This document shows, one piece after another, positions 36,906-48,862 of a stretch of 64,000 nucleotides of DNA. The position numbers and the translations under genes were made by a program. Within the stretch, counting starts at the first letter, position 1; each line of letters begins with the position of its first letter. The DNA is from Heptranchias perlo (taxonomy: Eukaryota): positions 46,562,001-46,626,000 of the forward strand of contig NC_090349.1 of assembly GCF_035084215.1 (NCBI RefSeq). Direction: 5' to 3'. Below the pieces are notes generated by a model. It saw only the letters and a list, made by a program, of their open reading frames with translations, searched no databases and was not told the origin of the DNA.

Positions 36906-39900
36906 AGAACAAAAGAAATGGGAGCAGAAGTAGGCCACATAGCCCATCGAGTCGGCTCCGCCATTCAATAAGATCATGGCTGATCTTCGACCTCAACTGC
37001 ACTTTCCCATCCTATCCCCATAACCCTTGATTTCCTTAGAGTCCAAAATTCCATCGATCTCAGACTTGAATATACTCAACGACTGAGCAACACAGCCCTG
37101 TGGAGTAAAGAATTCCAAACATTCACAACCCTCAGAGTGAAGAAAGTCCTTCTCCTCTCAGTCCTAAATGGCCGACCCCTTATCTTGAGACTATGACCCC
37201 TAGTTCTAGACTCTCCAGCCAGGGGAAACAGCCTCTCAGCATCTACTCTGTCAAGCTCTCAGAATTTTATATGTTTCAATGAGATCACCTCTCATTCTTC
37301 TAAACTCCAGAGAATATAGGCCCATTCTATTCAACCTCTCCTCATAGGACAACACTCTCATCCCAGGAACCAATCTAGTGAACCTTTGTTGCACCCCCTC
37401 TAAGATAAGCATACCCTTCCTTAGGTAAGGAGACCAAAACTGTACATAATACTCCAGGTGCGGTCTCACCAGAGCCCTATATAATTGCAGCAAGACCTCC
37501 GTACTCTTATACTCCAAACCCCTTACAATAAAGGCTAACATACCATTTGCCTTCCTAATTGCTTGCTGCACCTGCATGTTAGCTTTGTGATTCGTGTTCA
37601 AGGTCACCCAAATCCCAGACTACCAACATTGCTTGATGGCTCACCTTTTAAAAAATATCCTGCTTTTCTATTCTTCCTACCAAAGTGGGTAATTTCACAT
37701 TTCCCCACATTATACTCCATCTGCCACTTTCTTGTCCACTCACTTAACCAGTCTGTATCCCTTTGCAGCCTTTTTGCATCCCCCTCACAGCTTGCTTTCG
37801 ATCACCAGCAAACTTGGATACATTACAATCTATATCAATGACTTAGATGAGGAGACCAAGTGTAAACAGCTGAAGCCCAAGCACTGATCCTTGCGGCACC
37901 CCACCAGTTACAGTTGCCGCCCCTAAAATGACCCGTTTATCCCTACCCTCTTGTTTTCTGTCAGTTATCAATCCTCTATCCATGGTAATATATTACCTCC
38001 AATCCCATGAGCCCTAATCTTGTGTAACAACCTCTTGTGTGGCACCTTATCGAATGCCTTTTCAATATCCAAATATACTACATTCACTGGTTCCCCCTGA
38101 CTTACCCCGCCAGTTACACCCTCAAAAAACTAACTGATTTGTCAAACACGATTTCCCTTTCATAAGACCATAAGAGATAGGAGTAGGAGTAGGCCATTCG
38201 GCCCCTCGAGCCTGCTCCGCCATTCAATGAGATCATGGCTGATCTGATTTTTTACCTCAACTCCACTTTCCCGCCTTTGCCCCATATCCTTTGACTCCCT
38301 TGCTGATCAAAAATTTGTCTAACTCAGCTTTGAATGTATTCAATGACTCAGCCTCCTCAGCTTTTTGGGGCAAAGAATTCCAAAGATTCACGACCCTCTG
38401 GGAGAAGAAATTCCTCCTCATTTTCGTCTTAAACGGGCGACCTCTTATTCTGAGACTATGCCCCCTAGTTTTAGATTCCCCCATGAGGGGTAACATCCTC
38501 TCAGCATCTACCCTATCTAGTCCCCTCAGAATCTTGTATGTTTCGATAAGGTCTCCTCTCATTCTTCTAAACTCTAATGAGTATAGGCCCAACCTGTTCA
38601 ATCTTTCCTCAGAAGACAACCCTTCCATACCCGCAATCAACCTAGTGAACCTTCTCTGAACTGCCTCCAATGCAAGTATGTCCTTCCTTAAATAAGGGCA
38701 CCAGAATTGTACACAGTACTCCAGGTGTGGTCTCACCAGCACCCTGTACACGTCCCTGCTTTTATACTCAATCACCCCTGAGAAATAAATGCCAATATTC
38801 CGTTTGCCTTCCGGATTACCTGCTGCACCTGTATGTTGACTTTTTGTGTTTCATGTACGAGGACACCCAGATCCCTCTGTACCGCAGCATTTTGTAGTAT
38901 TTCTCCATTCAAATAATATTTTGCTTTTTTATTTTTCCTCCCAAAGTGGATGACTTCACATTTTCCCACATTATATTCCATCTGCCAAATTTTTGCCCAT
39001 TCGCTTAACCTGTCAATATCCTTTTGCAGACACTGTGTCCTCATTACAACTTGCTTTTCCACCTATCTTTGTATCAGCAGCAAATTTGGCCTCAAGACAC
39101 TCTGATCCTTCATCCAAGTCATTGATATATATTGTAAATAGTTGAGGCCCCTGCACTGAGCCCTGCGGCACCCCATTAGTTACAGATTGCCATTTTGAAA
39201 ATGACCCTTTATTTTCTGTTAGTTAGCCAATCCTCTATCCATGCCAGTATATTACCCCCAACACCATGAGCTCTTATCTTGTGCAGTAATCTTTTATGTG
39301 GCACCTTATCGAATGCCTTTTGGAAATCCAAATATACTGCATCCATTGGTTCCCCTTTATCCACCCTGCCCGTTACTTCCTCAAAGAACTCTAATAAATT
39401 TGTCAGACGTGATTTCCCCTTCATAAAACCATGTTGACTCTCCTTGATTGCATTATGAGTCTCAATATCCTGCTACTACTTCCTTAATAATGGATTCTAG
39501 CATTTTCCCAATGACGGATGTTAGGCTAACTGGTCTATAGTTACCTGCTTTCTGTCTCACTCCCTTCTTGAATAGGGGTGTTACGTTTGTGGTTTTCCAA
39601 TCCGCTGGGACCTTTCCAGAATCTAGTGAATTCTGGAAGATAACAACCAATGCATCCACTGTCTCTGTAGCCACTTCCTTCAAGACCCTCGGATGCAAGC
39701 CATCAGGTCCAGGGGACTTGTCAGCCTTTAGACCCATTAGTTTACCAAGTACTTTTTCTCTAGTGATAGTTTTTTAGTTCCTCCCTCCCCATTGCCCCTT
39801 GATTTTCTACTATTATTGGTATATTATTAGTGTCTTCTACTATGAAGACAGATGCAAAATATCTGTTCAATTCCTCTGCCATTTCCTTGTTTTCCATTAT

Positions 39901-40612
39901 CTCCCCAGTCTCATCCTCAAGGGACCAATGTTTACTTTAGCTACCCTCTTCCTTTTTATATACTTGTAGAAGCTTTTACTGTCAGTTTTTATATTTCTTG
40001 CTAGCTTACTCTCAATTTATTTTCTCCCCCTTTTAGTCATCCTTTGCTGGTTTTTAAAGTTTTCCCGATCTTCGGTCTTACCAATAAGCTTTGCCATGTT
40101 GTACGCTTTTTCTTTTAACCTGATACCATCCTTTACTTCCTTAGCTAGCCATGGTTGGTTCACCCTTTTTGTGGAGTCTTTCCTCCTCACAGGGATATAT
40201 TTTTGTTGCGAGTCATAAAATATCTTTTTAATTATTTGCCACTGCTTATCCACCATCATACCATCTAATCTGTTTACCCAGTTCACTTTAGCCAATTCCG
40301 CCCTCATTCCTTTATAATTGCCCTTATTTAAGTTTAATACAGTAGTTTCAGACCCAAGATCCTTGCTCTCAAACTGGATGTGAAATTCTATCATGTTATG
40401 ATCACTGCTTCCCAAGGTTCATAAAACCATGTTGACTCTGCCTAATCATATTATGATTTTCTAAGTGCCCTGTTACTATGTCCTTAATAATAGATTCTAG
40501 CATTTTTCCTACTAATGATGTCAGGTTAACTGGCCTATAGTTCCCTGTTTGCTCTCTCCCTCCTTTCTTGAATAGCGGGGTTACATTTACTACCTTTCAA
40601 TCCACGGGAACC
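36906..40612 (-). mobile_element. Nested CR1 cluster: older CR1 (36906-38160 plus 40418-40612) interrupted by a younger 2.2 kb CR1 (about 38163-40417)
   Basis: ORF2 fragments SSDHNMIEF, KSPGPDGLHPRVLKE, YLDFQKAFDKVPH, LVRPHLEYCVQFW. The host sequence ttcataa(a)accat resumes across the insertion. Confidence 0.9.
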
Positions 40613-41324
40613 TTATGGCAGGAATACTGTTATCAAGCTGTATTTCTTGATCCTAACTTTCAGTGATTTGATGAGCACAATCTATCTCATGCTTTACAAC
40701 TTTGGAGATGTGGCCAGCCTGGTCCTTTGTGGAACTTATGGCTGGAACAATGCTACAAGATTTACTACTTTTCAAACCAGCCCTCCATCTCCATACCAGC
40801 AGCAGAACTTCTCTCACAACTTTCCCTACTATTGGAACTAAGTCCCACTATTATCACATGGATAAGGAAGTTTAAGTACAGAGTCAACTGCTGTGTACAC
40901 TGGGCTGCAACAAATCTGCAACAAACCCCAATGCTATTTCTCCAAATTGTATTGTGCTTCAAATAATCACCAGGTCAAGTTTTACAAAGCACCTGTCCTC
41001 ATTATGGCATCGGGTAACTGCTCAAGGTTTTGCCACTTTATTAATGAAGATCATGGGGAAGCAATTTGGTGCTATATGTGATCTCATTTTACAAGAGCAG
41101 CAGCATCTCTGATTAGTACCTGCAGCACACAAGCAGATTATAAAGCCTGTTCAACAGCTTTTTCACAACATGGGTGTAGCATGACTCGGTATGGGTGCTG
41201 TATGTTGAACATGTAAACACAAAGTAATGAAACAGGATGCCTGCCTCTTAAAATAAAACAGTCATCTAAAATTATGGTTCCTGTGGTATCAATTAGGTTG
41301 GAGAATACCCAGGCTACATCATAG

Positions 41325-42240
41325 TAGGCACAGCACAGGATTCATTAAAAACTTCCCTTTTGAAAGTTACTATTGAATCTGCTTTACCATCCTTTCAGGC
41401 AGTGCATTCCAGATCATTACAAGCCGCAGCATAAAAAAATGTTTCCTCGTGTCGCCTCTGGCTCTTTTGCTGATCACCGGTAAATCTGTGTTTTTTGGTT
41501 ACAGACCCTTCTGCCACTGGAAACAGTTTCTCCTCATTTACTCTATCAAAACCATTCATGATCTTGAACACCTCTATTAAATCTTCCCTTAACCTTCTCT
41601 GTTCTAAGGAGAACCACCCCAGCTTCGAATCAGAAGTTTACAACATGGAAACAGGCCCTTCGGCCCAACATGTCCATGTCGCCCAGTTTATACCACTAAG
41701 CTAGTCCCAATTGCCTGCACTTGGCCCATATCCCTCTATACCCATCTTACCCATGTAACTGTCCAAATGCTTTTTAAAAGACAAAATTGTACCCGCCTCT
41801 GGCAGCTCGTTCCAGACACTCACCACCCTTTGAGTGAAAAAATTGCCCCTCTGGACCCTTTTGTATCTCTCCCCTCTCACCTTAAATCTATGCCCCCTCG
41901 TTATAGACTCCTCTACCTTTGGGAAAAGATTTTGACTATCTACCTTATCTGTGCCCCTCATTATTTCTCCAGTCTATCCACGTAACTGAAGTGCCATATC
42001 CTTGGCACAATTCTAGTAAATCTCTTCTGCACCCTCTCTAAGGCCTTCACATCCTTCCTGAAGTGTGATGCCCAGAAATGGACACAATACTCCTGCTGAG
42101 GCCTAACCAGTGTTTTATAACAGTTTCACATAACTTCCTTGCTTTTGTACTCTATGCCTCTATTAATAAAGCCCAGGATCTTTTATAACAGCCTTCTCAA
42201 CTTGTCCTACCACCTTCAAAGATTTATGTATGTGCACCCC
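41325..42240 (-). mobile_element. CR1 fragment with a nested young CR1 tail (about 41626-41965)
   Basis: The nested piece is nearly identical to the reverse complement of 2728-2855. Confidence 0.85.
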
Positions 42241-42289
42241 ACATGTGGAACAATTTTTTTAAAAAAACAAAGTGAAGTCTTCTTTAGGC

Positions 42290-42820
42290 CCTGGGTCAGT
42301 GGTAGCACACATGCCTGAGTCAGACAGTTGTAGGTTCAAGTCCCACTTGAGACTTGAACATATCGGCTGGCACTTCAGTGCAGTACTGAGGGAGTGCTGC
42401 ACTGTCTGAGATGCAGTCTTTTGGATGAGACAGTAAACCTAGGCTGCATCTGCCCTCGCAAGTGGATATAAAAGATCCTATGGCACTTTTTGAAAATCAG
42501 GGGATTTCTCCCAGTGTCCTGGCCAACATTACAAAAGTGACTACATTTCCAAGGTACTTCAGTGGCTGTGAAGCGCTTCGGGACATCCTGAAGTCTACAT
42601 AAATGCAAGTCTGTCTTTCTTTTAAGATTTATCTCACCGAATGCCTAACAGATTATCTGGTCATATATTTCATTGCTGTTTGTGGGATCTCGGTGTGTGC
42701 AAATTGACTGCTGCATTTCCTACACTACAACAGTGACCACACTTCAAAACAAAAGTACTTAATTCAGTGTAACGCGCCTTGGCGCGTTGTGAAAAGCGCT
42801 GTATAAAGTGGAGTTCTTTT
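42290..42820 (+). mobile_element. Deu-domain SINE with a duplicated tail
   Basis: Same family as 21675-22110; the 3' body occurs twice. Confidence 0.7.
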
Positions 42821-43287
42821 GTCCAATTCACCAATTGAGAGATGTATTTTTAAAAGTGCAAACAGCTAGTATATTCTCCTTCAATAACATCAACACATGA
42901 CTTCCAATTAAAATTCAACAAGACCAAACAGTACAACATTTATACTAAGACCACAATTAGATTTTATACATTGCAAATGCTGCACTTGATCGAATTAGGT
43001 TGCATGATGTCCAGTTAAATATAGCTTTATCTCCACTGCCCTGATGGTTACCAACTTTATCCCATGAGTAGCTGATTCCTATCGGCCAGAGGAGTCCCAA
43101 GTTTATTCTGTGCTGAGTTTGCATTGTAATTGGTCTCAACACCAACATGTGGAAAAAAGGCAGCTAGAGTTCCTGCTGCCGATCAATATCCAACAAGCCC
43201 TGCTGGGAAATGGGTGTACGGATTCTGGGGACAAAAACTGCACAACCTCAACATATGAACTCATCGTGAAGTTTAAGAAACGCCTAC

Positions 43288-43386
43288 CTGCACATTAAGC
43301 ATTGTTGTACCCGTCACAGTCTCTGATTTCACTGCAGAAAGTGGTCCTGTTCCCATACCAAGCTCTAAAGAACTGATAGGCACTGA
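43288..43386 (-). CDS. SBNO1: SBNO1 coding exon 2
   Basis: ttcag|TCA...CAG|gtaggc, 99 nt, phase 0-0. SVPISSLELGMGTGPLSAVKSETVTGTTMLNVQ (human SVPLSALELGL...LLNVR). Not in the ORF track. Confidence 0.9.
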
Positions 43387-45257
43387 CTGAAGAGACAGGA
43401 AAACCATTTGAAGTATTAGACTACATTCTCTGTGAAAAGGTGTTAGGACTAAATCTGTCCCCCCTTCCTAGGTACACAATAAATTAAATACAAGAATGCA
43501 TTCCGCTAACATAATTACATAGTGTGCTATTCAGTTCTAGTATTCTATATACTATGTAAATATTCCAGCATATTAAACGGGACAGGGCAATGTACAGGAC
43601 CAGAAATGAGCACTGCGATTCATGTGGCCATTCTCAACATCTAATACAGTAGAACTGGTTTATTTGCACGTTCATCTACCATGTGACTAATGCTACAAAT
43701 GAAGTGACTGTGACCATCCCGACCACCATTACTGCTGTTAGATCCATTTTTTGAGCAGCTCAGTTTACCCGAGCGCCCCGGGGAGTGATGGCATTTGTTG
43801 CACTTAGAGCTGTAAGTGCCGGTTTAAAATCTTACGCTGGATGCACTGCTAAAAAAGAATTGGCCTCTATCTGCATATTGCATGCCGACTGTAATTACAC
43901 AGCGTGCACGTGCACAATAAAAACAGTGGAAAAGCAAGAGTACCCAGTAACTGCCTGTTTTCACAACTGCAAGGTCAATTCCAAAGCAGATAACCAAAGT
44001 TCCTCTATATTTATATATCTGAATACATATAGAATTCATTAAAAAAATCACTCATTTTGTACTACACTCGAAATACTGTTAAGTAGTGCTCATAATTACA
44101 ACTTATCACCTTTAATATGGTAACGATTTCAAGCCCCAAAGTAGAAACAAACTGAAGAGGAGTTAGGAGAGATGATTAAAAGCCTGGTGGACCAGATTTG
44201 AAGGTGGGAGAGACACAACAGGACACATGCATTTGTGAACAAAATTTGATTGTACACCTAAGACAGCCAAACACTTGGCCACTGAGGGTGGAGCAGAGGA
44301 GATACACAAATGATTACAGTTGGGTAAGGTGGGGCCAAGAATCCTAAATTCAGTGCGTTGGGACTTGGTGGGAGGCATGAGAGCGCCAATGGAGCTCAGC
44401 GAGCACTGGGGTGATAGGCAAGCAGTATGTACCTGAGGGATAGGATGCAAGGAGCAGGGTTCTGAATGAGTTGGAGGTTATGTAGAGTGCAGCTGGGGAG
44501 GCCAGCAAAGAACATGCCAGAGAAGTCGACCCTGGAACCAACAAAGGCATTAATGAGGGTTTCAGCAGTGGTGGGGTTGAGGTTAAGGGTGAAGGAGCGC
44601 AATATTGCAGATGTGGAAGTAGCAACTCTTGATGATGGATTGGATATGGTGTTTGAAGCTCGGGTTCAAACAGGACATTGAGACTGTGCACCTTCAGTTC
44701 AGCCTAAGCAAACAACCAGTAAGGAGGACACAATCCGGCTAGGGTGGGGAATTTTTAAAAACAGAAGCCCAACAGGATAGCTGGGTCTTGTCGAATGTTA
44801 AGTTGCAAATTCTGGCTCATCCTTTACTCCATGTCAGAGAAGCAATCAGATGGCTTAATGGTGATCGTGGACTCATGCTGGACAGTAGCCTGAGCTGGCC
44901 TTGACACACTGTGAAACTGGTCCCATGCCTGTGGATAATGTTACCAAGGGGCAGCATCTAAAGAAGGAATAGGAGGCGGCCAACAATTTTTTTTTAATTC
45001 ATTCTTGAGATATGGATATCGCTGGCAAGGCCAGCAATTATTGCCCAACCCCAGTTGCCCTTGGGAAGGTGGTGATGAACCTTCTTGAACTGCTGCAGTC
45101 TGTATGGTGAAAGTGATCCCACAGTCCTGTAAGGTAGGGAGTTTCAGGATCTTGACCCATCGGCAATATATGTCCAAGTCAGGATGGTATGTGACTTGGA
45201 GGAGAACTTAGAGGTGATGGTGTTCCTATATGTCTGCTGCCTTTGTCCTTCTAGATG

Positions 45258-45572
45258 ATGTGGAGATGCCTGTGATGGACTGGGGTGGACAAATGTAAGG
45301 AATCTTACAACACCAGGTTATAGTCCAACAGTTTTATTTTAAAATCACAAGCTTTCGGAGATTATCCCCTTCATCAGGTGAGTAGTGAAGGAGAGGTTCT
45401 CAAATCGCATATCTTATATTAGGCTGGGACACCATCACACCAATCAAAGGTGTCATTGGTGTTCAGACAGGTTAGCCACGGAAAACAGTAGGTCCCAGTA
45501 TGCTGAATACACAATGTGTCACATTTTAAAATAAGATTGTTGGACTATAACCTGGTGTTGTAAGATTCCTTA
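45258..45572 (-). mobile_element. Penelope-like element (family A) with a partial inverted arm, nested in a LINE
   Basis: TSD cttctagatg at 45248-45257 and 45573-45582. Hammerhead core on - at 45345-45381. Confidence 0.8.
45345..45381 (-). ncRNA. Minimal type I hammerhead ribozyme motif (sense to SBNO1)
   Basis: rc: ucac CUGAUGA a gggga uaa ucucc GAAA gc UU guga. Confidence 0.7.
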
Positions 45573-46104
45573 CTTCTAGATGGTAGAAGTCATGTTTGTT
45601 TGGGAGGTGCTGTCGAAGAAGCCTTGTCGAGTTGTTATGGAACTTTGGCATTTCCGAGGTGGCAGCTATTGAAGGAGATTTGGTGGCTATATTAGGGCAG
45701 GCAAAGTAGAACCAAGTGACAGTTCTGCCATGGAGGAGAGACTATGGAGAACGATGCAATGGTTGGGCTGCAGCAAATGCAGAGTTCACGAGAGGCAAGG
45801 TGGGTTCATGTGTTACAGATGCAGTCCCAAGAACGTCAGTGGTGATGTTGATCCGGGTAATCTGTGATACTGACATGGAGGAAACGAAAATGGGATTTTA
45901 ACATGAAATTGTGGCAGAGTGCAGAGCTGGGTGGCAGCAACGCATTTGAGGACTGCAGAAAGGAAAGTGAGGGTTAGGTATTGGGTAGTAGTTGCAGAAG
46001 ATGGAGGGCGTTTTTTTTTAAAAAGAGAGAGGCTGACAAACCAAGACATGCTTCAATTCAGATAATCACAAACTATGTGTAAGCAAGGGCAAACTTTTCC
46101 ATCT

Positions 46105-46325
46105 ACTATAAGTGGATAGGATCTGGAATGCACTGCCTGAGAGGATGACGGAGACAGATTTGATCATGGCCTTCAAAAGGAACTGGATAAGTACTTGAAA
46201 GGAAAAAATTTGTAGGGCTACGGGGATTGGGCAGGGAGTGGGACCAGCTGGATTGCTCTTGCATAGAGCTGGTGCGGACTCGATGGGCCAAATGGCCGCC
46301 TTCCATGCTTTAACCTTTCTATGAT
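46105..46325 (+). mobile_element. CR1 3' tail
   Basis: Matches 3600-3810. Confidence 0.8.
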
Positions 46326-47343
46326 AAACTAAATTGGTTTAATAGGGCGGCTTGGAAAAATGAGGTGCTACTGAAATTTCCAACAGTACCGATCAAAATC
46401 TCAATATTCTTAGTCCGTTCATTTTGTAGACTCAGATTTTGTAGATGAATTAGGTGTACGCAACCCTAACAAAAACACTCCACGATGCTCTTTTCACTGT
46501 GTTTTTGCATTGTACAAAACAGAACATTAGTATGTGCAGTTACCTGGCAAATAAAGAACAATTGCATGCTTTAAGTAGACTAGCAGGAAATCTAGATGCT
46601 GCTTTAATGGTGGAAGGGAAGGTAATTCTGTTCAGTGATTCCAGTGGCGTGATCTCCTAATAAAATTATCTGGGGACTATGACAATTACAGGCCTTAGGG
46701 CTCCAAATTAACACAAGCTTACTACAAGGAGACCAGCAACAATCTGAAGTAATTAGTTTGTGAATAATGTGGTACCACCCTTGTACTGATTGAGGTCTGA
46801 GCAGCTCCATTCCCTCTCCAAATAAGGACTGGGGGAATACTACATGACACAAGCTATCCTTTAATTTGAGATAAACCATTCCTGCTCAAGACTTGATTGA
46901 TCTACAGCATTCACCAAAGACCAGGATGGAAGAGAGAGAAAACACATCAATAAGGGGACTTTTTTTAAAAAAATGTTTTATCCGCTTATTTTGAAGTCTT
47001 TCTAGACTCTCATTTCCACTGCTGACATGATGAATGGGCAAATGGCCTGCTGCAGACCTCCACCAATACCTCCTTTGGCCAGACCCAGGAGGATCAAGGT
47101 ACCAAGCCAGGCAGTATAGTCTAATTTTCCAGCCCAATACAGGAATAATCTGAAACCTCCACTTGGCAGAGTGATGAAGCCTATGCTCTCCTTACTGAAA
47201 GCCATCTCAACCCACAGGTGAGCAAAGAAAAGTACAGAACAATGACAAAGAAGCTGTAATGTGGAGATGCCGGTGATGGACTGGGGTTGACAATTGTAAA
47301 CAATTTTACAACACCAAGTTATAGTCCAACGATTTTATTTGAA

Positions 47344-47384
47344 ATTTACAAGCTTTCGGAGGCTTCCTCCTTCCTCAGGTAAAT
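47344..47384 (-). ncRNA. Minimal type I hammerhead ribozyme motif (sense to SBNO1)
   Basis: rc: auuuac CUGAGGA a ggag gaagc cucc GAAA gc UU guaaau. Confidence 0.7.
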
Positions 47385-47401
47385 GTCAGGGAGTTCCTGA
47401 C

Positions 47402-47442
47402 ATTTACCTGAGGAAGGAGGAAGCCTCCGAAAGCTTGTAAAT
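47402..47442 (+). ncRNA. Minimal type I hammerhead ribozyme motif
   Basis: auuuac CUGAGGA a ggag gaagc cucc GAAA gc UU guaaau. Confidence 0.7.
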
Positions 47443-47759
47443 TTCAAATAAAATCGTTGGACTATAACTTGGTGTTGTAAAATTGTTTACAAAAGAAGCT
47501 GTAGGAGAGGAAACAAAAAAAAAAACTGAAGAGACAGATAGAGTAATAACCAGAGGCTAGAAATTAAACTGTGCCATATTTCTGCACTGAAGCTTAATGT
47601 GTTTGTACCAAACTATTCTGTCTACCAGTTTAGTTCTAACGAGTTATCTCCTAAAACAGTGGTCAAGAGAGCTTACTGCAACACATTCCACTTTTGTACG
47701 ATAATACTGCATACAACAATTTCCAGGCTTTGGCAATTGAAGAAACACTAAGCTTGTCA

Positions 47760-48862
47760 TAGAATTATAGAACGGTTACAGCACAGAAGGCGGCCATTCA
47801 GCCCGTGCCGGCTCTTTGTGAGAGCAATCCAGTTAGTCTCATTCCCCCGTAGCCCTGCAAATTTATTCCCTTCAAGTGTTTATCCAATTCCTTTTTGAAA
47901 GCCATGATCGAATCATCTTCCACATAATAACTATTTGCTGCGTAAAAACATTTTTCCTCATGTCACCTTTGGTTCTTTGCAAATCACCTTAAATCTGTGT
48001 CCTCTGGCTCGCGACCCTTCCACCAATGGGAACAGTTTCTCTTTATTTATTTTATCTAAACCCTTCATGATTGTGAATACTTCTATCAAATCTCCTCTGC
48101 TCTAAGGAGAAAAACCCTGGTTCTCCAGTCTATCCACTTAACTGAAGTCCCTCATCCCTAGAGCCATTCTCGTAAATCTTTTCTGCACCCTTTCTAAGGC
48201 CTTCACATCCTTCCTAAATTGCGATGCCCAGTATTGGACACAATACACAAGCTGTGGCTGAACCAGTGTTTTATAAAGGTTCAACCTAACTTCCTTGCTT
48301 TTGTACTCTATGCCTCTATTTAGCTTTTTTAACCACTTTCACAACCTGTCCTCCCACTTTCAAAGATTTGTGCACATAAACCCCCAGGTCCCTCTGTTCC
48401 TGCACCCACTTTAGAGTTGTACTATTTAGCTTATATTGTCTCTCCTCATTCTTCTTGCCAAAATGTATCACTTCGCACTTCTGTGCATTAAATTTCATCT
48501 GCCCATAGTCTGTCTATGTCCTCTTGAAATCTACTGCTATCCTCCTCACTGTTTACTACACTTCCAAGTTTTGTGTCATCTGCAAAGTTTTAAATTGTGC
48601 CCTGTACACCCAAGTTCAAGTCATTAATATATATCAAAAAAGCAGTGGTCCTAGTACCGATCCCTGGGGAACACCATTGAATACCTTCCTCCAGTCCGAA
48701 AAACAACCGTTTACCACTACTCTCTGTTTCCTGTCACTTAGTCAATTTCATATCCATACTGCTGCTGCCCCTTTTATTCCATGTGCTTCAATCTTGCTGA
48801 CAAGCCTATAATGTGGCACTTTATCAAACGCCTTTTCAATGTCCATATACACAACATCAACC
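47760..48862 (-). mobile_element. CR1 RT fragment
   Basis: KFNAQKCEVIHFGKKN...EQRDLGVYVHKSLK; same subfamily as 2360-3810. Confidence 0.9.

Larger units (their letters stand above)
44150..46050 (-). mobile_element. Degenerate L2-type LINE interrupted by a second-family LINE tail (about 44988-45640) and a Penelope-like element
   Basis: TAETLINAFVGSRVDF...LQLIQN. 44988-45640 matches the reverse complement of the 5400-5690 family. Confidence 0.65.
47259..47491. mobile_element. Young perfect-palindrome Penelope-like element (family A)
   Basis: 97-bp perfect inverted arms 47294-47390 and 47396-47492 with a 5-nt spacer. TSD aaagaagctgta at 47247-47258 and 47492-47503. Confidence 0.85.

Noticed and set aside
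38257-40415. Several RT-like ORFs that might form an intact retrotransposon or domesticated gene
   Set aside because: Fragmented by frameshifts, stops and deletions; an ordinary dead CR1.
46544-46656. Open stretch with tag acceptor and CAG|gtaac donor, first considered as SBNO1 coding exon 2
   Set aside because: 113 nt breaks the frame and shows no homology; the true exon was found at 43288-43386.
47259-47491. Interpretation of the palindromic inserts as MITEs or miRNA precursors
   Set aside because: The arms are asymmetric with a unique extension at one end, TSD lengths vary (10-15 bp) and single-arm copies exist, which fits retrotransposition rather than TIR transposition; the perfect stem is unlike a miRNA hairpin.
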